Shown here piece by piece: positions 40,321 through 50,357 of a stretch of 64,000 bases of DNA. The notes under the pieces are model-generated. The model made no database searches. It saw only the letters and a list, made by a program, of their open reading frames with translations, and was not told the origin of the DNA. Each line of letters starts with the position of its first letter. Positions within the stretch are counted from its first letter, which is position 1. This stretch comes from Patescibacteria group bacterium (GTDB taxonomy: Bacteria; Patescibacteriota; WWE3; UBA101185; UBA10185), in the NCBI GenBank assembly GCA_049322215.1, contig JBMORU010000001.1:644023-708022 (forward strand). The letters are read 5' to 3'. The position numbers and the translations under genes are program-made.

Positions 40321-42066
40321 ATGAAGAAAAAACACTATTCAAATGAAGAAATAATAGATGTTCTAAGAGAAACACTCGCCGCAATGGAGGTTAAAGAGGT
40401 AAACCGCTTTAGAATTCGTGCTTATCAAAATGCCATAGATGCAATAGAAAACCTTACTTCAAGTGTTTACGACCTATGGGAAAAGGGAACCCTAAGTACT
40501 GTTAATGGTATAGGGGCAACGTTATCTCAGCATCTTAATGAACTTTTTACTACAGGTAGTGTAAAAGATTTCACAAATATTAAAAAGGACTTGCCTGACG
40601 GTATGTTTGGTTTGCTGGTTTTGCGCGGTGTTGGTGCTAAAACAGCTTATAAATTGGCAAATGCCTTTGATATAAACAAAAGAGAAAATGCCTTAGATAC
40701 TGTGAAAAAGGCTGCACAAGCAAATAAAATACAGTTATTGCCGGGATTTGGAGAAAAGTCTGAAAAAGACATATTAAACGCAATAGAAGAGGCTAAGGAG
40801 CATAAATCGGTACGGCAACGGTTATTGCTACCTCATGCAGAAGAGATATCCCAGCGCGTAATAACGCATTTAAAAAAGTCAGACGCTATAGTTAAAATAG
40901 ATGTTTTAGGTTCGCAGCGTCGCCGAGAAGATACAGTTGGCGATCTAGATTTAGCTGTAATAACAACAAATCCAGAGGAAGCAATTTTGCACTTCCTGGA
41001 ATTTCCTGAAATAAAAGAAGTTGACTCAAAGGGGGAAAAAAAAGCTTCTGTGATACTTACGAATGGCGTTCAGGTAGATCTGCGTGTTTCTACTGAGGCT
41101 GCCTATGGTGCTATGCTTCAGTACTTCACGGGAAATAAGCAGCACAATGTGTTGTTGCGTAGTTTAGCACTAGAGCAAAAAAAGTCTTTGTCTGAGTATG
41201 GAATAAAAATAAACGGGAATATTAAGGAATTTCCTGATGAAGAAAGCTTTTATACAGAACTTGGTTTGCCCTATATTCCTCCTGAATTGCGTCAAGGGGA
41301 CGAAGAAATAGAATTTGCGCAAAAAAATAAACTACCCAACTTAGTAAATCTGTCTGATATTAAAGGTGATTTACATACGCATACAACATACTCCGATGGT
41401 ACAGCTCAACTTCCTGAGATGGTAGAAAAAGCTATTGCGCTTGGGTATAAGTACATTGGTATTACAGATCATGCACCAAGTGTTCAGAGCAGAGGCAGAT
41501 ACGATGTTTTAGGCATAATAGAGGCCAGAAAGAGAGAAATAGAACAAATAAATAGTTCACAAAGTAGCATACGAGTACTATTTGGGTACGAAATTAACAT
41601 TTTAAAGGATGCCTCTATATCTTTACCTGAAGATATTGTTGCCCAGCTAGATTATGCGATTGGCGCAATACATACGTCTATGGATCAAAGCAAAGATGAG
41701 ATCACAAAAAGGCTAGTTGCTGCGCTAGAGCATCCGCATATAAATATAATTGCACATCCATCTGGCAGACTATTAAATCAAAGAAACTCCTACGAGGTAG
41801 ATTGGGATGTTGTTTTAGATGCTGCAAAAGCCAATAAAAAAATACTCGAAATTGATGCCCAACCAAGTAGGCGTGATTTAGCTTATGATTTGGTTAAGCG
41901 AGCAAGAAAAATGGATATAAAGCTAAGCATTGATACAGATGCGCACTCAGTTTTAGATATGGAACTAATGCCTTATGGAATTGATGTTGCACGTAGAGGT
42001 TGGTGTGAAGCTAAGGACATAATTAATACCTATGATCTAGACAGCTTTTTAAAGCTATTGGGTTAA
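40321..42066 (+). CDS. polX: DNA polymerase X with PHP domain
   Basis: GS.RR....GDLD, VDLR, YFTG.K.HN, DLHTHT..SDG, TDH, TDAH. Confidence 0.95.
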   Translation: MKKKHYSNEEIIDVLRETLAAMEVKEVNRFRIRAYQNAIDAIENLTSSVYDLWEKGTLSTVNGIGATLSQHLNELFTTGSVKDFTNIKKDLPDGMFGLLVLRGVGAKTAYKLANAFDINKRENALDTVKKAAQANKIQLLPGFGEKSEKDILNAIEEAKEHKSVRQRLLLPHAEEISQRVITHLKKSDAIVKIDVLGSQRRREDTVGDLDLAVITTNPEEAILHFLEFPEIKEVDSKGEKKASVILTNGVQVDLRVSTEAAYGAMLQYFTGNKQHNVLLRSLALEQKKSLSEYGIKINGNIKEFPDEESFYTELGLPYIPPELRQGDEEIEFAQKNKLPNLVNLSDIKGDLHTHTTYSDGTAQLPEMVEKAIALGYKYIGITDHAPSVQSRGRYDVLGIIEARKREIEQINSSQSSIRVLFGYEINILKDASISLPEDIVAQLDYAIGAIHTSMDQSKDEITKRLVAALEHPHINIIAHPSGRLLNQRNSYEVDWDVVLDAAKANKKILEIDAQPSRRDLAYDLVKRARKMDIKLSIDTDAHSVLDMELMPYGIDVARRGWCEAKDIINTYDLDSFLKLLG

Positions 42067-42113
42067 TAATTTGCTATCATTTACTTAAGTTTATAAGTTG
42101 AAAGGAAAAACTT

Positions 42114-42401
42114 ATGTCAGAAGAAGGTTTTAATATGGAACAAATGGCAGATTTTTCGGCAGAAGAAGCTACTGAGGATTCTGATTTCGAGGGCGTAGAA
42201 CTATCAGATGCTGATATAGCATCGTTAAACGAAAAAGAAGAATTACTTACAGAGAGTATGGCTTCCCTAAATGAAAAAGAAGAAATGACTTCACCAAAGT
42301 CTGGTTTAAGCAGCGAAGCTCCAAACTGGATGCATACCGACGAAGCCTATGAGCAAGAAGAACAAGGTGATGATTATGTTGAACCTAAAGGATATAACTA
42401 G
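42114..42401 (+). CDS. Small highly acidic hypothetical protein
   Basis: AAGGAA RBS; ASLNEKEE duplicated. Confidence 0.6.
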   Translation: MSEEGFNMEQMADFSAEEATEDSDFEGVELSDADIASLNEKEELLTESMASLNEKEEMTSPKSGLSSEAPNWMHTDEAYEQEEQGDDYVEPKGYN

Positions 42402-42422
42402 TATTTATTTTAAGGAGGAAAT

Positions 42423-42980
42423 GTGCCTTATTTAGCACTTTTGGCCGTAGTAGTTGTTATAGCGCTCTACGTCCTTTCTATATATAACACTCTTGCCAAG
42501 CTTAGAGTTCAAATAAAAGAAGCTTGGAGTGGTATTGATGTTCAGTTAAAGCGTCGTGCTGATTTAATACCTAATTTAGTAGAAACTGTAAAAGGCTATG
42601 CTTCTCATGAAAAAGAAGTATTTGAGAATGTGACAAAAGCCCGTTCTGCCTTAATGAGTGCAGGAAGCGTGCAGGAAGCGCAAGATGCTGAAAACATGCT
42701 TAGCGGAGCATTAAAAACGCTATTTGCTGTAGCAGAAGCTTATCCTGACCTTAAAGCTTCAGACAACTTTAAGCAGCTACAAAGCGATTTAACCGATACA
42801 GAGGACAAGTTAGCATACGCACGCCAGTTTTATAACTCAGTTGTGCGCGACTTTAACAGTAAAATAGTAACTTTCCCAAATAGTGTAATTGCAGGAATGT
42901 TTGGATTTACACAAGAAACATTCTTTGAAGCTGGGGAAGAGGATAAAGGCCCGGTAAAGGTTAGCTTTGGTTCCAACTAA
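42423..42980 (+). CDS. lemA: LemA family protein
   Basis: [34 protein letters not shown]. Confidence 0.95.
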   Translation: MPYLALLAVVVVIALYVLSIYNTLAKLRVQIKEAWSGIDVQLKRRADLIPNLVETVKGYASHEKEVFENVTKARSALMSAGSVQEAQDAENMLSGALKTLFAVAEAYPDLKASDNFKQLQSDLTDTEDKLAYARQFYNSVVRDFNSKIVTFPNSVIAGMFGFTQETFFEAGEEDKGPVKVSFGSN

Positions 42981-43005
42981 ATAATCTACTATTAAACCTA
43001 AATAA

Positions 43006-43034
43006 ACAAAAGACCCTTACTATGGGTCTTTTGT
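43006..43034. terminator. Hairpin/terminator after lemA
   Basis: ACAAAAGACCC/GGGTCTTTTGT inverted repeat. Confidence 0.6.
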
Positions 43035-43088
43035 GCTATAATATGCCAACTTACAAAACCAAATAATTCCTTTAAAAGGAGAGAAAAA

Positions 43089-43439
43089 ATGAAACCGAAA
43101 CGAACGCTAATCCTCGGGCTTGCTTTATTATTAGGGTTTTTGCTCGCAACAGGCTACGTGGTTAAGAAAAACACGCGTGTACCCGCTTGGACCCAAACCG
43201 AGCGAAATGTATGGCTAAGATTGGGAGATGCTTCTGGCCCTGGCATAGTAGCTGCGCGATATCAACACGCGGTAGGTAAATCCTGGACAGTTACATTTGG
43301 CGTTTTGGGCATGGAGTTAAATGTTGGTATAAGCAATATGGATATTTACAGTGGTTCAGGTAACTTAGTGCGTAAAGCCCATGTTCCAGACGTCAGCTTT
43401 ACAAACTGGTACAAGCTAAATAGACGTCCTGCCCCGTAA
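43089..43439 (+). CDS. Hypothetical exported protein between lemA and htpX
   Basis: AAGGAG RBS, signal peptide, own -10 box and terminator. Confidence 0.65.
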   Translation: MKPKRTLILGLALLLGFLLATGYVVKKNTRVPAWTQTERNVWLRLGDASGPGIVAARYQHAVGKSWTVTFGVLGMELNVGISNMDIYSGSGNLVRKAHVPDVSFTNWYKLNRRPAP

Positions 43440-43451
43440 CCTTATTTATTT

Positions 43452-43503
43452 GGGTATATTTGTTGGCTTCATTTTTGACTCCAATACATATGCCCTTTTT
43501 TTA
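43452..43503 (+). terminator. Intrinsic terminator
   Basis: GGGTATAT.TGTTGG/CCAATA.ATATGCCC plus T-tract. Confidence 0.6.
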
Positions 43504-43539
43504 TCTAACTTATATCAAAATTAGTGATAAAATCTATGT

Positions 43540-44433
43540 ATGGCAACTATTTATACTCACATTAATCAAAACAAGCGAGACACCATAATTATAATAACTA
43601 TGTTTATTGGTGTTATTGCAGCACTTGGTTGGTTAGTTGGTGAATTGTATTTTCAAGGTGGGGGAGTACCGTTTATTGGTTTTGCGTTAATCATTTCAGG
43701 TATCACATCTTTTATTAGTTACTACAACTCTGACAAAATAGTTTTAGCTATATCTGGTGCAAAGGAGGTAACAGAGCAACAAAGTCCCTATCTACATAAT
43801 TTAGTGGGAAATTTGTGCATAGGCGCAGGATTACCAAAACCCAGAATATACATGATTAATGATTCCGCTATGAATGCCTTTGCTACCGGTAGAGATCCCG
43901 AGCATGGAGTGATTTGCTTTACCACAGGAATAGTTGAAAAGCTTGATAAGCTTGAACTAGAAGGTGTTATAGCGCACGAGCTTTCACACATAGGTAATTA
44001 TGATATAAGGCTATTGTCTATTGTAAGTGTTTTAGTTGGAACAATAACTTTAATTGTTGATTGGGTAACACGTGGATTTTTATATGGAGGGCGCCGTTCA
44101 AGAGATAATGGAGCTAACGGAATTATTCTATTAATTGGTTTTGTATTTTTAATACTAAGTCCTATTATTGCAACTTTAATAAAACTTGCAGTTAGTCGGA
44201 ATCGTGAATATTTGGCAGACGCTTCAGGGTCGTTACTTACGCGTTATCCTGATGGTTTAGCTAGTGCTTTAGAGAAAATAGCGGCTGACAACGAAGTTTT
44301 AGAAGCAGCAAACGGTGCTACAGCCCATTTATACATATCAAATCCTTTAAAAAACAAACGCAGTGCTTTTTCTAACTTGTTTAATACGCATCCACCTGTA
44401 GAGGAACGCATTAAACGTTTACGTGAAATGTGA
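43540..44433 (+). CDS. htpX: M48 zinc protease HtpX
   Basis: NAFATG, AHELSH, SR.REY.AD, THPP..ERI. Confidence 0.95.
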   Translation: MATIYTHINQNKRDTIIIITMFIGVIAALGWLVGELYFQGGGVPFIGFALIISGITSFISYYNSDKIVLAISGAKEVTEQQSPYLHNLVGNLCIGAGLPKPRIYMINDSAMNAFATGRDPEHGVICFTTGIVEKLDKLELEGVIAHELSHIGNYDIRLLSIVSVLVGTITLIVDWVTRGFLYGGRRSRDNGANGIILLIGFVFLILSPIIATLIKLAVSRNREYLADASGSLLTRYPDGLASALEKIAADNEVLEAANGATAHLYISNPLKNKRSAFSNLFNTHPPVEERIKRLREM

Positions 44434-44485
44434 AAAATGGCAGTTGAGCTTGAATTTATTGAATAATCGATTAAGATTTACAAGT

Positions 44486-44782
44486 ATGAATAGAAAAGTC
44501 ATTTCTACCGAAGAAGTTGAATACATAGCTAAACTAAGTAATTTGTCTCTATCAAAAAGCGAAATTGAAGAATTTTCCAAACTACTTACCGATACCTTAT
44601 CTTACATTGATGTTTTAGAGGAATTAGATACATCAAACATCGCGGGTACTTATCAGGTAACTGGACTTACAAATGTATTTCAAACTGATAATAATGCAAC
44701 TCTCACGCATGAAGAGGCTTTATTTAATGCAAATAAGGAAATTAACGGTATGTTTGTCACTGACGCCGTTTTTGACAGATAA
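44486..44782 (+). CDS. gatC: Amidotransferase subunit C
   Basis: EEV..IAKLS.L...L.ELDT; precedes gatA. Confidence 0.9.
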   Translation: MNRKVISTEEVEYIAKLSNLSLSKSEIEEFSKLLTDTLSYIDVLEELDTSNIAGTYQVTGLTNVFQTDNNATLTHEEALFNANKEINGMFVTDAVFDR

Positions 44783-46254
44783 TGAGCCAAAACCTAAATG
44801 AACTAAACTTAATAGATGCTGTAGAAGGTTTAAAAAAGGGTGATTTTACAAGTTTTTCTCTTGTAGAAGCTTGTTATGATGCTATCGATAGCTATGACAC
44901 TAGCCTAAAAGCTTTTTTAAATTTGTGTAAAGATAGTGCTTTTAAAGAAGCAAAAAAAGCTGACGATTTGATAGCCTCAGAAGGTTCAAGTGCTTTTGAA
45001 AACAAACCTCTGCTGGGAATTCCCTATGCCAGTAAGGATAATTTTTCTACAAAGGGTGTTGAAACTACTGCTTCTTCAAACATATTAAAAGGTTATATCC
45101 CACCATATGAATCTACAGTTACAAAAAGACTAAACAAGGCCGGCGCAATTTTGCTAGGCAAAACTAACATGGATGCCTTTGCGCATGGATCTTCTACAGA
45201 AACTTCAGACTTTGGGTCAAGTTACAACCCTTGGGATATTAATTATGTACCTGGGGGTTCCTCTGGAGGATCAGCAGTTGCTACCGCAGCTGACATGTGT
45301 ATTTTCTCTATTGGTAGTGAAACGGCAGGAAGTATTAGGGGTCCTGCAAGCTGGTGCGGTGTAACAGGTCTTAAACCTACATATGGAAGAGTAAGTAGGT
45401 ATGGAGTAATTGCTATGGCTTCTTCAACAGATTCTCCTGGACCTATAACAAAAACTGCATTAGACTCAGCTTATGTTTTACAAGTTATAGCAGGAAAAGA
45501 CAAATACGATGCAACAAGCTCATTTTTGCACGTTGATCCTTACGTACAAAAAGCTGAAAGCTTTACTTTAAAAGGAAAAAAAATTGGCTTGCTAAACCCA
45601 TATTTTGTTAAAGAAATGCGCCAGGATATAAAAGACTTAATTATGAAATCTATTGATGTTTTAAAAAACCAAGGCGCAGAAATTATTGAAATAAATGATC
45701 TTATTGATCCTAAATATTCTATAGCCGTTTACACTATTATTCAGCGTTCAGAAGTTTCATCTAATTTGGCTCGTTTTACAGGTGTTCGCTATGGGCATTC
45801 TCGTGATTCCTTTGGACACGAAGCTAAAAAGCGCATGATGCTTGGAGCTTACGCTTTAAGTGCCGGCTATTACGACCAGTATTATGCTAAAGCACAGAAA
45901 GTTAGAACAATGATAGTAAATGATTTTGACACAGCCTTAAGTAATGTTGATTTGTTAGTTGCACCAACATTACATGATGTTGCACAAAAAACTGGTACTG
46001 CTAGCTCATCTCCTTTATTTGGTGAATTAATGGACATGCTAACTGAGCCTAGTTCAATTGCTGGTTTAACAGCTATTTCTATTCCTTGTGGAGCAGTTTC
46101 AAGTTCATCGGGTTCTAAACTACCTGTTGGGCTTCAGTTTATGGGTGCGCGTTTTTCAGAATCTACGGTTTTAGGTGCCGCGCATCAATTTCAAAAGGTT
46201 ACATCATTTCATACTGATAAGCCTGATTTAAGTAAAATTAAGGAGGGAAAATGA
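44782..46254 (+). CDS. gatA: Amidotransferase subunit A
   Basis: KDN, GKTNMD, PGGSSGGSA, GSIR.PA, KPTYGRVSRYG. Confidence 0.97.
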   Translation: MSQNLNELNLIDAVEGLKKGDFTSFSLVEACYDAIDSYDTSLKAFLNLCKDSAFKEAKKADDLIASEGSSAFENKPLLGIPYASKDNFSTKGVETTASSNILKGYIPPYESTVTKRLNKAGAILLGKTNMDAFAHGSSTETSDFGSSYNPWDINYVPGGSSGGSAVATAADMCIFSIGSETAGSIRGPASWCGVTGLKPTYGRVSRYGVIAMASSTDSPGPITKTALDSAYVLQVIAGKDKYDATSSFLHVDPYVQKAESFTLKGKKIGLLNPYFVKEMRQDIKDLIMKSIDVLKNQGAEIIEINDLIDPKYSIAVYTIIQRSEVSSNLARFTGVRYGHSRDSFGHEAKKRMMLGAYALSAGYYDQYYAKAQKVRTMIVNDFDTALSNVDLLVAPTLHDVAQKTGTASSSPLFGELMDMLTEPSSIAGLTAISIPCGAVSSSSGSKLPVGLQFMGARFSESTVLGAAHQFQKVTSFHTDKPDLSKIKEGK

Positions 46255-46646
46255 ATTTTCTACTAAAATTACTTGGTTTAGATAAACTTTTTAAAGGTCC
46301 CGCACGTGTTTCAATGCACTCTGTAGAAAAAATACAAAGAGATTGGGAAAGAATTGGTCAGCAAGTAGCTGGGGGTACCCCCAGCCAATTGCGTCAAGCA
46401 GTTATAACCGCAGATAAAACACTAGATAACGCATTAAGAGATTTAGTTGAGGGGGAAACTATGGGCGAAAGGCTAAAAAATGCCCGACATTTGTATGAGG
46501 CTGATCTTTATGACACTATTTGGAAAGCCCATAAACTCCGCAATTCGTTAGTTCATGAAACAGACTTTGAACCACCACATCATGTATTAGAAAAAAGAAT
46601 TCGCGTTTTTAGAGAAGCACTTAAGGAAATTGGAGTAAAAGTTTAA
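46251..46646 (+). CDS. Hypothetical protein with HEPN-like RxxxxH motif
   Basis: A...ADK.LD...GETMGERL...AHKLRNSLVHE; overlaps gatA and gatB. Confidence 0.65.
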   Translation: MNFLLKLLGLDKLFKGPARVSMHSVEKIQRDWERIGQQVAGGTPSQLRQAVITADKTLDNALRDLVEGETMGERLKNARHLYEADLYDTIWKAHKLRNSLVHETDFEPPHHVLEKRIRVFREALKEIGVKV

Positions 46647-47968
46647 TGCCTCAAAATATCTTAGGGAATTACAAATTAGTTTTAGGTTTAGAAATCCACA
46701 TACACGTGAACACTGAAAGAAAAATGTTTTGTGGTTGTGAGGCAAAGTTTTATGGCGAAAAACCTAACACACATGCATGCCCTGTATGCTTAGGTCTTCC
46801 CGGCGCTCTTCCCGTTCCAAATTTAGAAGCTATAAAAAAAACACAGTTGTTGGGATTAGCCTTAAATTGCCAATTACGGGAAGATTCAAAGTTTGATAGA
46901 AAACACTATTTTTATCCCGACTTACCTAAAGGATATCAAATTAGCCAGTATAAAGAACCTCTGTGTGAAAATGGTTTTATGGAATTACCGTCAGGGGAAA
47001 GAGCAGAAATTGAGCGCATTCACTTAGAAGAAGACACTGCTAAATCTATGCACGAAGGTAACAAAACGTTAATTGACTTTAATAAATCAGGAATGCCTTT
47101 AATGGAACTTGTAACTCAACCTTGTTTTACATCAGTAGAAGATGCGGTTTATTTTGCCAGAAAAATACGAGATATTGCACGCCATTTAGGTGTTAGCGAT
47201 GCTGATATGGAAAAAGGGCAAATGCGTATTGAACCAAACATTTCACTACGTACTGCAGAAATGGAAACAAAGAATGAACTGCCAGACTACAAAGTTGAGG
47301 TAAAAAATATAAATTCATTCAAATTTATGGAAAAAGCTGTAATTTCTGAAATAAAACGCCAAAAGAAAGCCTTAGAAGAAGGTATAGTATTGAAACAGGA
47401 AAACAGAGGCTATGATGAAAATAGTAATTCAACAAAAGCACAAAGAAGTAAAGAAGATGCTAAAGATTACAGATATTTTCCAGAACCCGATATTCCTCCT
47501 TTAGAGTTTTCGGAAGAATATTTTGAAGAATTAAAAGAAATACTTCCCGAGCTTCCTGATGAAATAAGAGAGAAACTCATTAACAAATATGCTTTACCCG
47601 ATCAATATGCAGATGAACTTATAAAAGGTGAAAATATTAGCCTTTTACAAAAGTTTGAGGAATTAGTAGTAGAAAACATAGAACCTCAAAAAGTTGCTAA
47701 TCTCTTACTAAATAAAAAAGAGATGCGCGACTTATCTTCAGAAGAATTCAAAGCTGCTATTGCTGAAATGGAAGATAAAGTAGATGATGCAGATGCCCTA
47801 GAAAAACTTGTTATTGAAACCCTTAGTGAAAACAAAAAAGCAGTTGAAGACTTCAAAAACGGAAAAGATAGTGTACTTCAGTTTTTGCTGGGGATGGTTA
47901 TGAAAAAAACAAAAGGTAAAGCTGACCCCAAATTAACCATGCAGCTACTCAAATCTAAATTAGCATAG
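46646..47968 (+). CDS. gatB: Amidotransferase subunit B
   Basis: GLEIH, RKHYFYPDLPKGYQISQ, HLEEDTAK, DYRYFPEPD. Confidence 0.97.
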   Translation: MPQNILGNYKLVLGLEIHIHVNTERKMFCGCEAKFYGEKPNTHACPVCLGLPGALPVPNLEAIKKTQLLGLALNCQLREDSKFDRKHYFYPDLPKGYQISQYKEPLCENGFMELPSGERAEIERIHLEEDTAKSMHEGNKTLIDFNKSGMPLMELVTQPCFTSVEDAVYFARKIRDIARHLGVSDADMEKGQMRIEPNISLRTAEMETKNELPDYKVEVKNINSFKFMEKAVISEIKRQKKALEEGIVLKQENRGYDENSNSTKAQRSKEDAKDYRYFPEPDIPPLEFSEEYFEELKEILPELPDEIREKLINKYALPDQYADELIKGENISLLQKFEELVVENIEPQKVANLLLNKKEMRDLSSEEFKAAIAEMEDKVDDADALEKLVIETLSENKKAVEDFKNGKDSVLQFLLGMVMKKTKGKADPKLTMQLLKSKLA

Positions 47969-48012
47969 ATTCTCAACTAGTAATCGTTTGATACAATATG
48001 TAAACTTCATTT

Positions 48013-49833
48013 ATGGACTTAAAATTCGATCCGGAAAATCCAAAATTTGAATATATAACCACTGGTGATAGGGCAGTTGAAGCTTTAAAAGAGCTTGATA
48101 AGCATAGCATTCTAGGGGTTGACGTAGAATCGTCCGGTTTAGATCCTTACACTTCTAAGCTTTTACTACTCCAAGTAGGTACTGATACTGTAAGTTACAT
48201 TTTTGATACGCGCGAGTTAAATATGCGCGAATTTCCGCTTTTAAAAACAATGCTTGAAGACAAATCAAAGATGAAAATTTTACAAAATGCTAAATTTGAC
48301 TACGGATTTTTAAAAGTAAAGTGTGGTATTGAAACAGACAATATTTTTGACACAATGCTGGCAGAGCAGGTTTTAAGAGCAGGTTTGGCTGCAAAATCAG
48401 GTTTGGGAGCTTTAGCTACTCGTTATATTGGTGAAGGCACTATAGACAAAGCTTTGCAAAAGTCTTTTATTAACCAAATGGGGCGTATAAGCGTAGATCA
48501 ACTCAAATACGCTGCACTTGATACACTCATTCTGTTTCCTATTTTCGAAAAGCAAGCGCAGTTATTAAAAAAAGAAGGTTTAATTAAAATCGCCAAGTTA
48601 GAATTTGCTGTTACAAGAGTTGTGGCAGAAATGGAACTAAAGGGAATTTATATTGATCAAAAGAAATGGCGTGATATTTTAAAGAACTTAAGTAAGCGTC
48701 GCGAATCTTTGGCTCAGGAATTTCAAGATGCAATAAGACCTTACTATGAGTACTCGCAACAGGATCTTTTTGGCAATATGGCCGATGCAATAAATATGAA
48801 TAGTCAAGTACAATTGTTGGATTTATTCAACAACCGTCTAAATCTTAATATTCCTTCCACTGGCGATGGGATTTTAGCTACAGTGAACCATCCCTTGGTT
48901 AAGTTATTAAGAGATTATCGTGGCTATGAAAAGCTTTTATCTGCGTTTGGTGAGTCTTTGCTAGAAAAAATTAATCCTGTTACACATAGAATTCATCCGG
49001 ATTTTAGGCAGTTAGGCGCAGCAACCGGTCGTTTCGCGTGTTCAAATCCAAACTTGCAACAAATACCTAGAAATTCCGAAGAGGCTCCCTTTAGAGAGTG
49101 TTTTAACCCTGAAGAGGGTTACGACTTTGTTGTTGCAGACTACTCTTCATTTGAAATGCGTATTTTAGCAGACTTGTCTGGAGATGAAACATTTATAAAT
49201 GCATTAAGAGAAGGTTTAGATATGCACTCTTATACTGCTGCACTAATGTTTGGTTTGCCTTACGACGAAATTAAAGAAAACCATAAAGACAAGCGGCAAG
49301 CAGCAAAGGCTCTTGGATTTGGCCTAATGTATGGCATGGGTCCTATGGGTTTAGCTGGTAGATTAGGAATTAGTAAAGAGGAAGGTCAAGAATATATGGA
49401 CAGGTATTTTGGTGCATATCCAGGAGTACGTAAGTTTTTAGATGGAATGGCCAGTGATGCGTTGAAAAACGGTTGGAGTAGCACTCCTGCGGGTAGAAAG
49501 CGTTGGTATAATCGCCCTGATAAGTCGGATCCGGACTATAGAAAGAAAATTGGAAATATTGGTCGGCAGGCTAAAAATCACCCAATTCAAGGTACTAATG
49601 CTGATGCAGTAAAGTATGCGTTGGTGTTTTTACATGACCGTTTAAAAAAGGAAAAGGTTGATGGTGCCATTACGCATACAGTTCATGATGAAGTAGTATG
49701 TGAGGTAAGAGAAGATCAGGCAGAAGATTGGTCAGTGATTCAACAAGAAGAAATGGTAAGAGCAGGTGAATTGTTTATAAAAAATGTCCCCGTAATTTCT
49801 GACCCATTTATCGGAAAAGTTTGGGAGCATTAA
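48013..49833 (+). CDS. polA: Family A DNA polymerase (3'-5' exonuclease plus polymerase, no 5'-3' exonuclease)
   Basis: DVESSG, NAKFD, YAALD; TGR..S.PNLQQIP, DYS..E.R, RQAAK..FGL.YG, VHDE. Confidence 0.93.
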   Translation: MDLKFDPENPKFEYITTGDRAVEALKELDKHSILGVDVESSGLDPYTSKLLLLQVGTDTVSYIFDTRELNMREFPLLKTMLEDKSKMKILQNAKFDYGFLKVKCGIETDNIFDTMLAEQVLRAGLAAKSGLGALATRYIGEGTIDKALQKSFINQMGRISVDQLKYAALDTLILFPIFEKQAQLLKKEGLIKIAKLEFAVTRVVAEMELKGIYIDQKKWRDILKNLSKRRESLAQEFQDAIRPYYEYSQQDLFGNMADAINMNSQVQLLDLFNNRLNLNIPSTGDGILATVNHPLVKLLRDYRGYEKLLSAFGESLLEKINPVTHRIHPDFRQLGAATGRFACSNPNLQQIPRNSEEAPFRECFNPEEGYDFVVADYSSFEMRILADLSGDETFINALREGLDMHSYTAALMFGLPYDEIKENHKDKRQAAKALGFGLMYGMGPMGLAGRLGISKEEGQEYMDRYFGAYPGVRKFLDGMASDALKNGWSSTPAGRKRWYNRPDKSDPDYRKKIGNIGRQAKNHPIQGTNADAVKYALVFLHDRLKKEKVDGAITHTVHDEVVCEVREDQAEDWSVIQQEEMVRAGELFIKNVPVISDPFIGKVWEH

Positions 49834-49839
49834 TAATGA

Positions 49840-49877
49840 CCTATAGTGTTGAAATTCTCCCGTGTCCCTGTTATAAT
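49840..49877 (+). promoter_or_regulatory. Sigma70 promoter with CCTATAGTG element
   Basis: CCTATAGTG-TTGAAA-17-TATAAT. Confidence 0.65.
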
Positions 49878-49914
49878 AACCCAACATCTAATAACTAATA
49901 AAAAGGAGTTCCTC

Positions 49915-50241
49915 GTGACCCAAGTAACCGATGAAATTAGCATTACGCTTCGCTCAGCAAAAGAAAGAGAACAACGATTATCCCAGATTCCGGTTTTAAC
50001 AAATGCCTTTCGGGAAAAATTTCTTAAAGCTTGCCGTTGCCTTGAACAAGATCCACGTTCCCTTACGGTGATTGCGGTTGCCCAAGAACTTACAGAAGTT
50101 TATAAGCTCATGGGTAACATTTTGGCACCAGCGCTCTTGAAGTTCCCTGTGATTGAGTGTCTAGTTAAAGAGGAAGAAAAAGTTCCAGCTATTAAAGCTC
50201 TTCTCACCGCCTATTTGCAACACGAATTTTCTCGCAAATAA
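49915..50241 (+). CDS. Hypothetical protein
   Basis: GTG start with AAGGAG; own promoter and terminator. Confidence 0.6.
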   Translation: MTQVTDEISITLRSAKEREQRLSQIPVLTNAFREKFLKACRCLEQDPRSLTVIAVAQELTEVYKLMGNILAPALLKFPVIECLVKEEEKVPAIKALLTAYLQHEFSRK

Positions 50242-50249
50242 GCCTTTAT

Positions 50250-50294
50250 GCACTATAATATGGACATCATTTTTCCTTGTTATAGTGCTTTTTT
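50250..50294 (+). terminator. Intrinsic terminator
   Basis: GCACTATAATA/TGTTATAGTGC plus T-tract. Confidence 0.6.
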
Positions 50295-50357
50295 CTTGCT
50301 TAAAATCTACCAATAGCAGTTGCTTTACGTGACTGCTAAGTATGCTACAATATTTTC

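Noticed and set aside
42219-42285. Duplicated ASLNEKEE segment as a repeat array
   Set aside because: Only two degenerate in-frame copies
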